A stretch of 64,000 nucleotides of DNA from Myxococcota bacterium (lineage in GTDB: Bacteria; Myxococcota_A; UBA796; GCA-2862545). The stretch covers positions 12,900-76,899 of the forward strand of contig JBCCQY010000023.1 of assembly GCA_039208735.1 (NCBI GenBank). The letters run 5' to 3'. Positions 1-9,773 of this stretch are shown here, in pieces (positions within the stretch are counted from its first letter, which is position 1; the number at the start of each line of letters is the position of its first letter). A program made the translations under genes and the position numbers. The notes below the pieces were generated by a model. It was not told the origin of the DNA. It ran no database searches and saw only the letters and a list, made by a program, of their open reading frames with translations.

Positions 1-1
1 C

Positions 2-2260
2 CGCGGAGTAGACGGGGGCGGGGACTGTGTAGGGACGTCCTGTCGCAAACCGCAGACGTCCCGACACGCGCCATCGTCGTCCCAGGTCGCCACCGGCCGC
101 CATCGTGAGACCGAGCGGCTGGTCGCGATCCGATCGAAAACGGGTCTCTGAGAGCTCTCGCCACGTGGACGCCACCGCGACGGACGCCAATCCAAACCAC
201 CGGCGACGGTCGATCCGTAGCTGCAGATCGCCCCCCACGGCTCCCCCTGACGCGGCTTGAAATGCAGGCACGGGCTGCAGGGAAAGGAAGGGATCGAACG
301 GTCGGTCACGACGCAGCTCGTAGCTCACCTGCCGCACGACCACCGACGGCATGCGGGCGATCCAGGCATGGCCTTCCACGCGAACGTCCCCGGTCTCGGC
401 GACCAAGCCGAGGCCCGTAGACTGGGTGCGAACCACGGGAAGGTCGGTGTTGCCCCCGGCGACGCTGACCAACCGCAGCAAGGCAGGCCGTTGGGCGGAC
501 TGGCCGACAAACGCGGATGCCGTCACCCGGTCCGACCATGCAAACCGTATGACGGCCCGAGGTTCGGCCACGAACGCCGTTCCGCTCGGCAAGCCATGCA
601 CGGACCCACGGGCCCCCAACTCGATGTTGAGACGTCCAAGGCGTGGCCCGACCGAGGCATATGGCGACACCCACCACGCCCGCACTCGCTCCGGTGGCAG
701 CAAGGCCTCCTCGAGGGTGCGGAACGACAATACGTCGAGATCGAGCAGGTCGCCATGCATCCCAAGGTCGAATCTCGTTGAATGCCCCTTGCCAAGGCTT
801 GTCTCATTCCCGAACTGGGCCACCCGCCCGCGGTAGCGCCCCGCACGCACGCCCTCGAGTTCGGGCAGGAACGGATTGCCGCTGGTACTCGACTCGCGTT
901 GCAAACCAGCCGCGACAAACGTGCGTTGCTCCCCCCAACGTCCGTTTGTGGTCCAATGTGTGGCGAGGCGGTGGAAGCTCCGGGCAAAGGTCTGGTCGGG
1001 ATCGAAGGGCAGCTCCTCGGGCGGCACGAAGGCAAACGTGGCGTCGAGGTTGGGTTGACGCAACGAGTCGGCCGCTCCAAAGGCGCTTACGGTCACCGCA
1101 TGCTGGTTGTGCTGCCAGCCGACGCGGCCAAAGTAGTCGCCGTAGTTAGGAAACAGACCCAGCGACGACGACGCTGAACTCGCTGTGGTGACGACCACTC
1201 CAGGCACCGAACCGCGGGCGGCGAGCGTGATTTCAACCTGAGGCCCGGTGTGCCACAAGGCAACGTTTGCATCCAGTACATCAAGGCCCAGCCTTCCGTG
1301 CCAACCGCGGGTCTCCCGGCGAGGTGCCGTCTGGACGTCCGCTAGCGCTTGCGCCGTTTGGCTCACGTCCACGGGCAAGGCGCCCGGCACAAACCGAATC
1401 CGGTCGACGAGGGCGGGATTCACGACACTGCGCCCCACGAAGAAGTGGAACAGGAAGGGGATGTCGATACCGTCGATGGTGAGCCGGGTGTGGGTCGGTT
1501 CGCCACCGCGCACGGTAGGAAATGCGTCGTAGACGGGTGCCGCGGCCACGCCCGGTAGCGTCTCGAGTACCCGGACGGGATCGCCAAACGTGCCCGGGAT
1601 GCGTCGTACGATCCGTCCTGACAAGGGTTGTTCGTCGGGGCTCGGCGCCCGGTAGGTGCCAAACGCCACAGTGCTGGCGTCGTCGTCGGATTGCAGGACG
1701 ATGTCGAGGGGCTCCTCGGCCGGAACGTCGATGGAAAACGTGAACGTCTGGTGGTGGGGGTGGTTGATGACGAGTTCGTAGGTACCCGCGGCGAGATCGG
1801 CGATGTCGAAGCGCCCATCGGGACGGGTTGATGTCGTCCGCCGCACCGAGCCCTCGAAGCGCAGGTCGACCGTCGCGTTTGCCACGGGCGCGACACTGCC
1901 TCGCCGGAACACGCGTCCCGCGAAACGTTGTTCGCCGTCGATGGGGGGCAAATCGAATCCGTAGATCACGACGAACTCGGAGGCGATGGGCACACCGTCA
2001 CGGAACGCTGGCGAGAACGTCGTGCTGCGAGCGGCGGCCATCGCAGCCTCGTCGAAACCATGGCCCGCCGGTTGGGCAACCTCGACGTGGATGACGGCCC
2101 CGGTCGCGTCAAGCTGAACGGTCACCGCCACTTCGGCTTCAAGTCCCTGGGCCCGAGCTTCCGGGGGGTAAACCGCAGGAACCTCAGCGGTAGCGTACGG
2201 CTCCTCGATCGATGCAGGAGCCGCAACCACCGAAGGCGCGATCGCGAAAAGGTGCCACAT
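2..2260 (-). CDS. TonB C-terminal domain fused to a TonB-dependent receptor (partial, runs off the left edge)
   Basis: Absent from the ORF track, consistent with no stop before the window edge. Hand translation from ATG 2260 gives MWHLFAIAP...YPPEARAQGLEAEVAVTVQLDATG...GHGFDEAA (TonB_C), then plug motifs VRRIPGTFGDPVRVLETLPGVA and GRSVVNPALVDRIRFVPG. Abuts the tonB stop. Confidence 0.9.
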   Translation of the reverse strand, partial: MWHLFAIAPSVVAAPASIEEPYATAEVPAVYPPEARAQGLEAEVAVTVQLDATGAVIHVEVAQPAGHGFDEAAMAAARSTTFSPAFRDGVPIASEFVVIYGFDLPPIDGEQRFAGRVFRRGSVAPVANATVDLRFEGSVRRTTSTRPDGRFDIADLAAGTYELVINHPHHQTFTFSIDVPAEEPLDIVLQSDDDASTVAFGTYRAPSPDEQPLSGRIVRRIPGTFGDPVRVLETLPGVAAAPVYDAFPTVRGGEPTHTRLTIDGIDIPFLFHFFVGRSVVNPALVDRIRFVPGALPVDVSQTAQALADVQTAPRRETRGWHGRLGLDVLDANVALWHTGPQVEITLAARGSVPGVVVTTASSASSSLGLFPNYGDYFGRVGWQHNQHAVTVSAFGAADSLRQPNLDATFAFVPPEELPFDPDQTFARSFHRLATHWTTNGRWGEQRTFVAAGLQRESSTSGNPFLPELEGVRAGRYRGRVAQFGNETSLGKGHSTRFDLGMHGDLLDLDVLSFRTLEEALLPPERVRAWWVSPYASVGPRLGRLNIELGARGSVHGLPSGTAFVAEPRAVIRFAWSDRVTASAFVGQSAQRPALLRLVSVAGGNTDLPVVRTQSTGLGLVAETGDVRVEGHAWIARMPSVVVRQVSYELRRDRPFDPFLSLQPVPAFQAASGGAVGGDLQLRIDRRRWFGLASVAVASTWRELSETRFRSDRDQPLGLTMAAGGDLGRRWRVSGRLRFATGRPYTVPAPVYSA

Positions 2261-2941
2261 CTACCGCTCAGCCCGTTGTTCGAAGCGGCAGGAAAAGGGC
2301 ACATCGACCACGCGAACCGGTTCGCCATTGCGTTGACCCGGCCGACAGCGAGCCTTTGACCATGCTTCGACACAGGCTTGATCGGCGTCGTCGCGTAGCG
2401 AGGTGGTGACCACGATGTTGCTCACCCGGCCCGTGGCTTGGATGGTGAGGGAGAGGCCCACGACCCCTTCGAGCTGGGCTTTCCGTACGGTGGCGGGCAC
2501 GGCGACCGGGGGCGGCCGACACCGTGGGGGAAGCACAGCTTCGGAGCCTTCGGCGGTTCCCCCAACGCCGGCCGGAGCGGCCGTGCCGACGCGCAGAGGG
2601 GCGCCCACGCGCAACACGACATCGCCCGAAGCCTCCTCGGCACGGCCAGGGGCTGCGATGGGTGGAGCCTCGGCTGCAGGTGCCGGTCGGGTTGGTCTGT
2701 TCCGAGGGGCGGGACCGGTTCCGCCCGTCCCCGGCTTGGACGCCGCGACGGTCGCCGGCGATTTCCGAGGTGGTTCGGTAATCCAGACAGGTTCTGGCCA
2801 CTCGACCATCACGAGTGCCCCCCAATCTTGGAGCACAGGGGCTTGGGGAGGCTCGGGCAGGGCAAGGAACACCACCGCATGAAGGCCCGCCGACACGGCG
2901 AGAGCCAGTGGCCACCTTGCCGCATCGAACCGTACCTTCAC
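2261..2941 (-). CDS. tonB: Energy transducer TonB
   Basis: N-terminal TM with SxxLH (SAGLH), Pro/Ala-rich linker, C-terminal LEGVVGLSLTIQATGRV; downstream of exbBD. Confidence 0.85.
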   Translation of the reverse strand: MKVRFDAARWPLALAVSAGLHAVVFLALPEPPQAPVLQDWGALVMVEWPEPVWITEPPRKSPATVAASKPGTGGTGPAPRNRPTRPAPAAEAPPIAAPGRAEEASGDVVLRVGAPLRVGTAAPAGVGGTAEGSEAVLPPRCRPPPVAVPATVRKAQLEGVVGLSLTIQATGRVSNIVVTTSLRDDADQACVEAWSKARCRPGQRNGEPVRVVDVPFSCRFEQRAER

Positions 2942-3375
2942 GGCAGATCTCGATCGGCATCCGGGGGCACGGGCACCGGCGTCACCAGGATCCCAAACCG
3001 CACCACCCCTTCCTGTCGAACCAGATCCACCAGAGCCATGACTTCGCGGTGGGGCACGTCACCGTCGGCGCCGACCAGGCATGCGACCTCACGTCCGGTG
3101 GCTCGGGCCGCCCGAATCGCCTTTCGAATGCCTACCTGGTCCACAAGGGCCCCATCGAGGTAGGTTTGGCCCCCGTTCGTGCGTACGATCGCCAGTGACA
3201 ACGTGCCATCTTCGCCCGTCGCGGCTTCGGGGGCGTCGATGGGAATCTGCTCCTCGGCGACCAACGTAGACGTCACCAGAAACGCGATCAGAACGACGAG
3301 CAGGATGTCTACAAATGGCGTGACGTTGATGTCGGTCATCGGCCGACGTCCGGGCTTGCGCAGCGGAGCGACCAT
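2938..3375 (-). CDS. exbD: Biopolymer transport protein ExbD/TolR
   Basis: DINVTPFVDILLVVLIAFLVT signature and GADGDVPH motif. Confidence 0.93.
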   Translation of the reverse strand: MVAPLRKPGRRPMTDINVTPFVDILLVVLIAFLVTSTLVAEEQIPIDAPEAATGEDGTLSLAIVRTNGGQTYLDGALVDQVGIRKAIRAARATGREVACLVGADGDVPHREVMALVDLVRQEGVVRFGILVTPVPVPPDADRDLP

Positions 3376-4019
3376 CAGCCGCCTCGTGCGCCGCGGGTTC
3401 GGTGCGCTTCGGTGGCAAGCTGCACCAGCACCACACGACCAAGCCGTTCGAGGTGGGCAAGAAGTCGCTCATTGCGGGTGATCAAGGCGTTGTAGAGGAC
3501 GACCGAGGGAATCGCAACGAGCAAGCCAACGCCGGTGGCGACCAAGGCTTCGGAGATGCCATTCATCACGGCGGCCGAGCCCGTGCCGCTGTCGAGCGAG
3601 AGTTCGGCGAAGGCCCGTACCACCCCCAAAACCGTCCCGAGCAGGCCCACGAACGGCGCGTTTGAACCCACCGTGCCAATCCAGATGAGGCCACGATCCA
3701 GCGCGGTGGCTTCCGCCGTCAACGCTGCTGCGACGGCTTCCTCCGCCGCCCGAAGCCCGCCCGCTCGACCTGCCCGCAACCCCGTAGCGATGACCCGCCC
3801 TTCGAACCCATCGGCCTCTTCCAGCTGTGCGAGTGTCGTGGCGTCCATCGGCACCACCTCCGGGCCCAGCGACCGCGCCAGTGCCGATGACGTCCGCCCT
3901 CGCGCCACAAAGAGGACCCGCTCAACCGCAATGGTCAGGACGAGTCCGCTCGCTGCAAGCAAGATCCAAAGCACCGTGTCGTGCCCGACCTGGGACAGCG
4001 AGTTCAGAGCGTCGAGCAC
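3375..4019 (-). CDS. exbB: MotA/TolQ/ExbB proton channel protein
   Basis: GSNAPFVGLLGTVLG and GISEALVATGVGLLVAIP motifs. Confidence 0.93.
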   Translation of the reverse strand: MLDALNSLSQVGHDTVLWILLAASGLVLTIAVERVLFVARGRTSSALARSLGPEVVPMDATTLAQLEEADGFEGRVIATGLRAGRAGGLRAAEEAVAAALTAEATALDRGLIWIGTVGSNAPFVGLLGTVLGVVRAFAELSLDSGTGSAAVMNGISEALVATGVGLLVAIPSVVLYNALITRNERLLAHLERLGRVVLVQLATEAHRTRGARGG

Positions 4020-4136
4020 GGCGTCTCCTGGGGCGACAGAAGTCCAGCAAGCCTACCCTCTCGTGCTCCGGCGAGGAACGCCGAACCGTTGCGTGATGTA
4101 GCGAAGGGCCGTTATCGACGCCGCCGGGGGCTATCC

Positions 4137-4838
4137 ATGGACCGGTCCATTGTCATCGTGGAGGATGACCCCGAGTTGTCGAACCTCCTGCACGATTACT
4201 TCGTCGAGCAGGGCTTTGCCGTTCAGTGCCTTGAGGATGGCCGAGTGGCCACCGAGCGAATCATTGAACAGCCACCCGACCTCGTCATCCTTGACCAGAT
4301 GCTGCCAGGCCTCAATGGCGTGGAAGTCTGTCAGCGGGTGCGAGCGCACAGCACCGTACCCATCCTCATGCTCACCGCGGTTCAAGGCGACATCGATGTT
4401 GTGGCAGGGCTTGAGGCCGGCGTCGACGACTACGTGATCAAGCCCTGCAATCCTCGGGTATTGCTGGCTCGGGTGCGGGCCTTGTTGAGGCGGGCGGCCG
4501 AGCGTCCCGATGATTCAGACCAGGACGAAGAAATCGTGTGCGTCGGCTCGCTCGAAGTGAACCGATCGCGGCGGACGGTTCGGATCGGAGCCCATCAGGT
4601 GGCGGTGACCGCGGCAGAGCATGACCTCGCCTACTTGCTGGCGCTGCACAAGGGTTCGGTGGTGACCCGAGACACGCTGTCGATCGAGGTGCGTGGCGTG
4701 CCCTACGATGGGATCGATCGCGGCATCGACATCCATGTGTCGCGTCTGCGCAAGAAGCTCCACGAGGGGGGACTGCGCGACGTGGAGATTCGAGCCATTC
4801 GTGGCGAGGGCTACCAACTTGTCCTCGCGACGGAGTGA
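4137..4838 (+). CDS. OmpR-family response regulator
   Basis: IVEDD, LVILDQMLPG and GVDDYVIKP receiver motifs; winged-helix IDIHVSRLRKKL and IRGEGY. Start moved to ATG 4137. Confidence 0.93.
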   Translation: MDRSIVIVEDDPELSNLLHDYFVEQGFAVQCLEDGRVATERIIEQPPDLVILDQMLPGLNGVEVCQRVRAHSTVPILMLTAVQGDIDVVAGLEAGVDDYVIKPCNPRVLLARVRALLRRAAERPDDSDQDEEIVCVGSLEVNRSRRTVRIGAHQVAVTAAEHDLAYLLALHKGSVVTRDTLSIEVRGVPYDGIDRGIDIHVSRLRKKLHEGGLRDVEIRAIRGEGYQLVLATE

Positions 4839-4841
4839 GCG

Positions 4842-6122
4842 GTGCGGTCGTTGGTCGTCCGGAGCTTGGTGATCGGGACTGCCCTCATCGCGGCCCTCCT
4901 CCTACTGGAGCGCACCACGGCCACGGCTACGCGTGATGCGCGTCAGCGGCGGGTGGTCAACGTGATGCTTCAATCGGGCCTCGATGCGCATCTGGCCGCG
5001 CTCGCGACCGCACCTCGTTACGCTCGGCCCAGTCTCGTGGCCACGATGCCCCAGGGCTGGGCGAAGCGGGCTTCCATCGAGCCAAGCCAGGCCCTCCCAT
5101 CCCATCTTGCACGGCCCATTCTCCTCGACGGGCGTGCGCTTTGGATCGACGGTGAGACGTTGTGGGCGCAGCTTGGCGACGGACAGTTGCTGCGACTTGC
5201 CGAAATCGAAGGGCCCAGCGATGCGCCGACCGTGGCCTCACCACTACCCTGGGCCGTAGGGCTGGTCCTGGTGGCCGTCCTGGCCTGGCTCTGGCCTGAC
5301 TTTGCGCGGTTGCGTACTCTTCACGCGGTCGCCCAGGCGGCGCGCGACGGGCACTACGAGGCCCGAACCCTCGATGCCACGCCAGACGCCATTGGCGACA
5401 TCAGCCGTCAAGTCGACGACATGGTGGCGACCTTGCGTCGGCATCGCAAGGAACGGGACGGATTCTTCCGCGCCGTGACCCACGAGATGGGCACCCCGCT
5501 CACACGGCTCGCTTTTGCCCTCGACCTCGCGGAGTCGGCGACCACCCCAACCGATCGGGCCGCCCGCCTCAAGGCCGCCCGGGAGCAGCTCGACCAGCTC
5601 TCACGCCTCGCGAGCGAACTCGTGGCGTTCGGCTTTGAAGCACCCGACCGCCCTGACGATCGGCGGCGCATCGATGTTCGCGTTGAATTAGGCACCCTGT
5701 GTGAGCAGAACACCACCCCTGACCGTGAAGTCGTGCTCCTGTTCCCCGATGACGTGCCACCCCGCCTCGATGTCGACCCTCGGGGGTTTCGGCGAGCCAT
5801 CGACAACCTCGTCCGCAACGCGGTGCGCTATGCGACCGACACCGTCCGGGTGTCTGCGCAAGCCAGCGCCGGGACCCTTGAGATCTGGGTTGAAGATGAT
5901 GGTCCGGGCATCCCCCAGGAATCCCGGGAGTCCATTTTCGAGCCCTTCGTGACGCTCGATCCCAGCCGACGCGACTCCGAGAGCGGGGCGGGATTGGGTC
6001 TGACCATCGTGCACCGCGTTGTCGAGCGCCACGCGGGTACCGTGGGCATCACCACGTCGCCTCACCTCGGCGGTGCTGCGTTCGTCACCCGCTGGCCGCT
6101 TCCGGCGGGGATCTCGACGTGA
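4842..6122 (+). CDS. Sensor histidine kinase with HAMP domain
   Basis: H-box HEMGTPL, N-box NLVRNA, G boxes EDDGPG and GAGLGL, two TM segments. Confidence 0.93.
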   Translation: MRSLVVRSLVIGTALIAALLLLERTTATATRDARQRRVVNVMLQSGLDAHLAALATAPRYARPSLVATMPQGWAKRASIEPSQALPSHLARPILLDGRALWIDGETLWAQLGDGQLLRLAEIEGPSDAPTVASPLPWAVGLVLVAVLAWLWPDFARLRTLHAVAQAARDGHYEARTLDATPDAIGDISRQVDDMVATLRRHRKERDGFFRAVTHEMGTPLTRLAFALDLAESATTPTDRAARLKAAREQLDQLSRLASELVAFGFEAPDRPDDRRRIDVRVELGTLCEQNTTPDREVVLLFPDDVPPRLDVDPRGFRRAIDNLVRNAVRYATDTVRVSAQASAGTLEIWVEDDGPGIPQESRESIFEPFVTLDPSRRDSESGAGLGLTIVHRVVERHAGTVGITTSPHLGGAAFVTRWPLPAGIST

Positions 6123-6186
6123 GCAGGGCGCAACGGTTCGCAACACCATTCTTGGCGTCGCCAGGCAGACTCGATCGGGGGGCCAT

Positions 6187-7029
6187 GTGTTGCTGATGTG
6201 GTGGGGGGCTTGCATCGTCGAACGCGATGACTGGACCCGGCCCGAGATTGACCAGGCGTTCGACTATGTCATCGACCGCACGCGGCTGGTGGCCCTTCGG
6301 GTTGCCCCAGCGGTCGTCCCGGACGGCGGATCCTTGACGCTCGACGCCTTGGTGCTGTCGCCCTTTGAGACTGCTCCCATCCGCCTGCAGGCCTGTGGCC
6401 TCGACGCTGACACGGTGACCCCCATCCGGGTGACCGACCCCAGTTGCTTCAGTGTGCCGGAACTCGTCACGGATCTCGGTGTCGCCCCTGCAACCTTGCA
6501 AGCCCCTGGCTTCGAAGCGCTATCCGACCGTGCGTCCTGCGCGTTCGTGGCTGATCAGGGGTTGCCTGAAACCTGCCGGCTCACGTTCCCTTTGCTGGCC
6601 ATGGTCCAGGGCACGGACGCCGAGGCCCGGGCTTCCGAACCCTTTGATGTCATCGTGGGTCTTCCGGCCCCCGTCGAGCCACTCCTCACCGAAGCCGACC
6701 TGTCGCTCGGAGTGCCCGAGACGGCCCCGTCCGGCACGATGGTCAACCTCGACATCATCTGGTCCCCCAAGCGCGAATCTGCCATTCTAAGCGCTGAGGT
6801 CACGTGGTACGTCGACGTCGGCCGGCTCGAGCGGCTGCGGGTCACTCGCCTCGAGTCCGGGCCAAGTGGTTGGTGGGCATCGAACCAACTGCGTATTCCG
6901 AGCGATGCCGACGGTCCTCTTCGAGTCGCCGTGGTGGTGGACGTCGCTATCGCGCAGGTTGGCAGCGTCGAGCCGTTCGACCGGCGGGAGCGGGCCTGGC
7001 GGGTGGAGACCATCGAGGTGACGCCGTGA
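6187..7029 (+). CDS. Hypothetical lipoprotein
   Basis: Long ORF; probable start GTG 6187 (MLLMWWGAC); TGATG coupling to the next gene. Confidence 0.6.
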   Translation: MLLMWWGACIVERDDWTRPEIDQAFDYVIDRTRLVALRVAPAVVPDGGSLTLDALVLSPFETAPIRLQACGLDADTVTPIRVTDPSCFSVPELVTDLGVAPATLQAPGFEALSDRASCAFVADQGLPETCRLTFPLLAMVQGTDAEARASEPFDVIVGLPAPVEPLLTEADLSLGVPETAPSGTMVNLDIIWSPKRESAILSAEVTWYVDVGRLERLRVTRLESGPSGWWASNQLRIPSDADGPLRVAVVVDVAIAQVGSVEPFDRRERAWRVETIEVTP

Positions 7030-7373
7030 TGTGGTTTTTGCTGGCCTGTTCCAATCAACCGCCCCAGCTCCTTGCGATCGATGGCTTCGACGTGCCTCGC
7101 GCCGGCCGCTTCGTCACGCTCGACGTTGAGGTTGACCACCCCCAAAGCTTCGCCTTCGAGGCCGTTGACCCAGATGGGGACTTGGTTGTGTTCTGGTGGC
7201 TGCGACTTCCGTTCGCGTGGTCGCCCGTCGAACAGGGCCTGCACTTCGACGGCACGGCCGAGGTTGGCGAGGCCACCGCCACCCTCATCCTCGAGGGACG
7301 CGAGCCCGGAGCACCAGCGTCGCAGGACGGCAACGTCTATACGGTCTATGAACTGATCCTCCGTGTGTTCTGA
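7029..7373 (+). CDS. Small hypothetical lipoprotein
   Basis: MWFLLAC start overlaps the upstream stop; contains AVDPDGD; its stop overlaps the next ATG. Confidence 0.6.
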   Translation: MWFLLACSNQPPQLLAIDGFDVPRAGRFVTLDVEVDHPQSFAFEAVDPDGDLVVFWWLRLPFAWSPVEQGLHFDGTAEVGEATATLILEGREPGAPASQDGNVYTVYELILRVF

Positions 7374-8014
7374 TGTTGCAAGGCTCGATTTCATCGAACG
7401 TGGTTTCCTTGACTAGGTTGGCGATCTGCGCCCTGATCGCACAGGTTGGCTGCGCCAAACCCGTCTCACAAGCCCCACCCAATCTCCCGCCGGCCCACGT
7501 CGTCGAAGGCGTTTCAGCCAAGGTTAAACGCCAGTTCTACGACATCGATGGACGGAGCCGAAGCGGGTTGAGGGCGAGCCTCGATCAGCGTGGTCCTTTC
7601 GACGAGCAAGGCCAGCGCTTTGATGCCAAGACACGCTGGACGGTGAAATGGGCTTACAACTACGATAGAACCACGATCGATTGCGGGATTTCAGGACTCA
7701 CCACGAACGTCGAGGTGACCTACACCTTGCCTAGGTGGGTGACCGCCCAAACGGCGCGGCCTCGCCTGCGGCAAGCGTGGGTGCGCTACCTCAACGCGTT
7801 GACGCTCCATGAACAAGGCCATGCGCACTACGGACTGCAGACGGCTAACGCAATCCAGACCGTGCTTGTCGGACTCCGCGCGCCCACCTGCGCCGAACTC
7901 GAACGGCAAGCTGACGCCGCAGCCGAGCGGATCCTCGAGCACATGAACGACGAGGAGAAGACCTACGACCAAGCGACCCAACATGGGCGTACTCAAGGCG
8001 GGCGATTTGGTTGA
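7373..8014 (+). CDS. DUF922-like predicted secreted Zn-dependent protease
   Basis: HEQGH zinc motif, YTLPRW, C-terminal YDQATQHGRTQG. Confidence 0.8.
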   Translation: MLQGSISSNVVSLTRLAICALIAQVGCAKPVSQAPPNLPPAHVVEGVSAKVKRQFYDIDGRSRSGLRASLDQRGPFDEQGQRFDAKTRWTVKWAYNYDRTTIDCGISGLTTNVEVTYTLPRWVTAQTARPRLRQAWVRYLNALTLHEQGHAHYGLQTANAIQTVLVGLRAPTCAELERQADAAAERILEHMNDEEKTYDQATQHGRTQGGRFG

Positions 8015-8038
8015 CCGCGCGCTGACGTAGGATGGGGC

Positions 8039-8839
8039 ATGGGCCAACTTGAGATTCTGCGTCGCGACCCCCCAAATCCTCATCCAACCCCACTTTTGTT
8101 TGTGCATGGCGCATGGCATGGCGCGTGGTGTTGGAACGATCACTTTCTTGATTGGTTCGCCGAGCGGGGGTTTCAGGTCATTGCGCCTAGCCTTCGGGGC
8201 CACGGGGGAAGTGGGCCTGCCTCACGAACCCATCGGTTGCGCCACTACGCCGAGGACGTCCGCCAGGTGGCCGCTGACTTGGATTCGCCGCCGGTGCTCA
8301 TCGGTCATTCCATGGGGGCGTACGTCGTCCAGCATGCCCTTCGGCAGCCGGGGGTTGGAGCGGCGGGCATTCTGGTGTGCCCGCCTCCTCCCGGTGGCGT
8401 GTTGGGTACGGCCCTTTCCGTCGCGCGACGCCATCCGTTTCGTTTTCTCTGGACCAACCTCGTCTGGCGTCTGGGGCCGCTCGTCGATGCGCCTCATTTG
8501 GCCAAAGAGTTGTTCCTCCGAGATGATGCGCCCGAAGAGGTTGTGGTGAACCTGCACCACCGGCTGCACGATGAGTCGTACTTGGCGTTCCTCGACATGC
8601 TGTTCCTTGACCGACCCCGAGCCCGGGAGGTCACGGTTCCCATACGGGTGATCGGTGGATCGCGGGACCGTGTCTTTCCGGTGGCCAGCGTCCAGCGTGT
8701 GGCCCGTGCGTATGGAGGCACGGCCATTATCTTGGAGGATGCCGCGCATGATCTGATGATCGATGAAGCGTGGCCTACGGCGGCCCAGCAGAGCGAGCGC
8801 TGGATCCATGAGCTTGTACCTGTAGACGTGCAAGGATGA
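8039..8839 (+). CDS. Alpha/beta hydrolase
   Basis: FVHGAWHGAWCW, GHSMG nucleophile, AHDLM. Confidence 0.9.
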   Translation: MGQLEILRRDPPNPHPTPLLFVHGAWHGAWCWNDHFLDWFAERGFQVIAPSLRGHGGSGPASRTHRLRHYAEDVRQVAADLDSPPVLIGHSMGAYVVQHALRQPGVGAAGILVCPPPPGGVLGTALSVARRHPFRFLWTNLVWRLGPLVDAPHLAKELFLRDDAPEEVVVNLHHRLHDESYLAFLDMLFLDRPRAREVTVPIRVIGGSRDRVFPVASVQRVARAYGGTAIILEDAAHDLMIDEAWPTAAQQSERWIHELVPVDVQG

Positions 8840-9690
8840 ACCGCGAACATCATCGCGTCGACATCGGCGATCTTCACTTGCACGTGGTCACCCAGGGCCC
8901 CCGCGAGGGACCCCCATTGTTGCTGCTCCATGGATTTCCGGAGTTTTGGGAGGGATGGTCACGTCAGATCGACCCGATCGCCGAAGCAGGAATCCGGGTT
9001 GTGGTGCCTGACCTCCGCGGCTACAACCTCTCCGATAAACCAAGTGCGGTCGGCGATTACCGGATGTCCGTCCTCATCCGCGATGTGCTTGGGCTCATCG
9101 ACTGGATCGGGGGCGGCCCCATTGCGCTTGGGGGGCATGACTGGGGTGGTTTGCTGGCCTTGGCGGTGGCCCAGCAGCATCCCGATCGACTCGATCGGCT
9201 CATCGTCCTCAATGCGCCGTTTCTCGGACTGATGTGGCGAGAACTGCGCAAGCCCTCTCAGCTCATGAACAGCAGCTACATCCTTGCGTTCCAACTTCCC
9301 TGGATCGCGGAGTGGATGATTCGCGAGCGGCGGTTCCGTCGTCTGCGCATGGCCATGTACGCCAACTCGCGAAAACGCCCCTATACCGAAGCGGAGATCG
9401 ATCGCTACGTCACGAGTTGGGAGCAGCCCGGTGCGGTAAACGGGATGCTTGGTTGGTACCGGGCTCCTGCTCGCTACCCAAACGACAGCAGTGATCTGCG
9501 GCGGGTGACGGTTCCCACCAAGGTGATTTGGGGGCGTCGGGACTGGGCGCTCGGCGAGGCGCTGGTCGAACCGACGCTTGCCCTTTGTGATGATGCGAAC
9601 CTCGTGTGGGTCGACGACGCGGGGCACTTCGTCCAGCATGACGCGCCCGACATTGTGAATCGAGAGATCATCGCCTTCATGGAACGTTGA
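8836..9690 (+). CDS. Epoxide hydrolase-like alpha/beta hydrolase
   Basis: HGFPE, DLRGY, GHDWGG (Asp nucleophile), GHFVQ. Confidence 0.9.
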   Translation: MNREHHRVDIGDLHLHVVTQGPREGPPLLLLHGFPEFWEGWSRQIDPIAEAGIRVVVPDLRGYNLSDKPSAVGDYRMSVLIRDVLGLIDWIGGGPIALGGHDWGGLLALAVAQQHPDRLDRLIVLNAPFLGLMWRELRKPSQLMNSSYILAFQLPWIAEWMIRERRFRRLRMAMYANSRKRPYTEAEIDRYVTSWEQPGAVNGMLGWYRAPARYPNDSSDLRRVTVPTKVIWGRRDWALGEALVEPTLALCDDANLVWVDDAGHFVQHDAPDIVNREIIAFMER

Positions 9691-9773
9691 ACGAGCCGTC
9701 GGATTTCTTGCGCCCCATCTGTCGCGGTTCCACGTTTCTACCTACATGGGGTGTTTGCACTCAGGAGGTGAAC

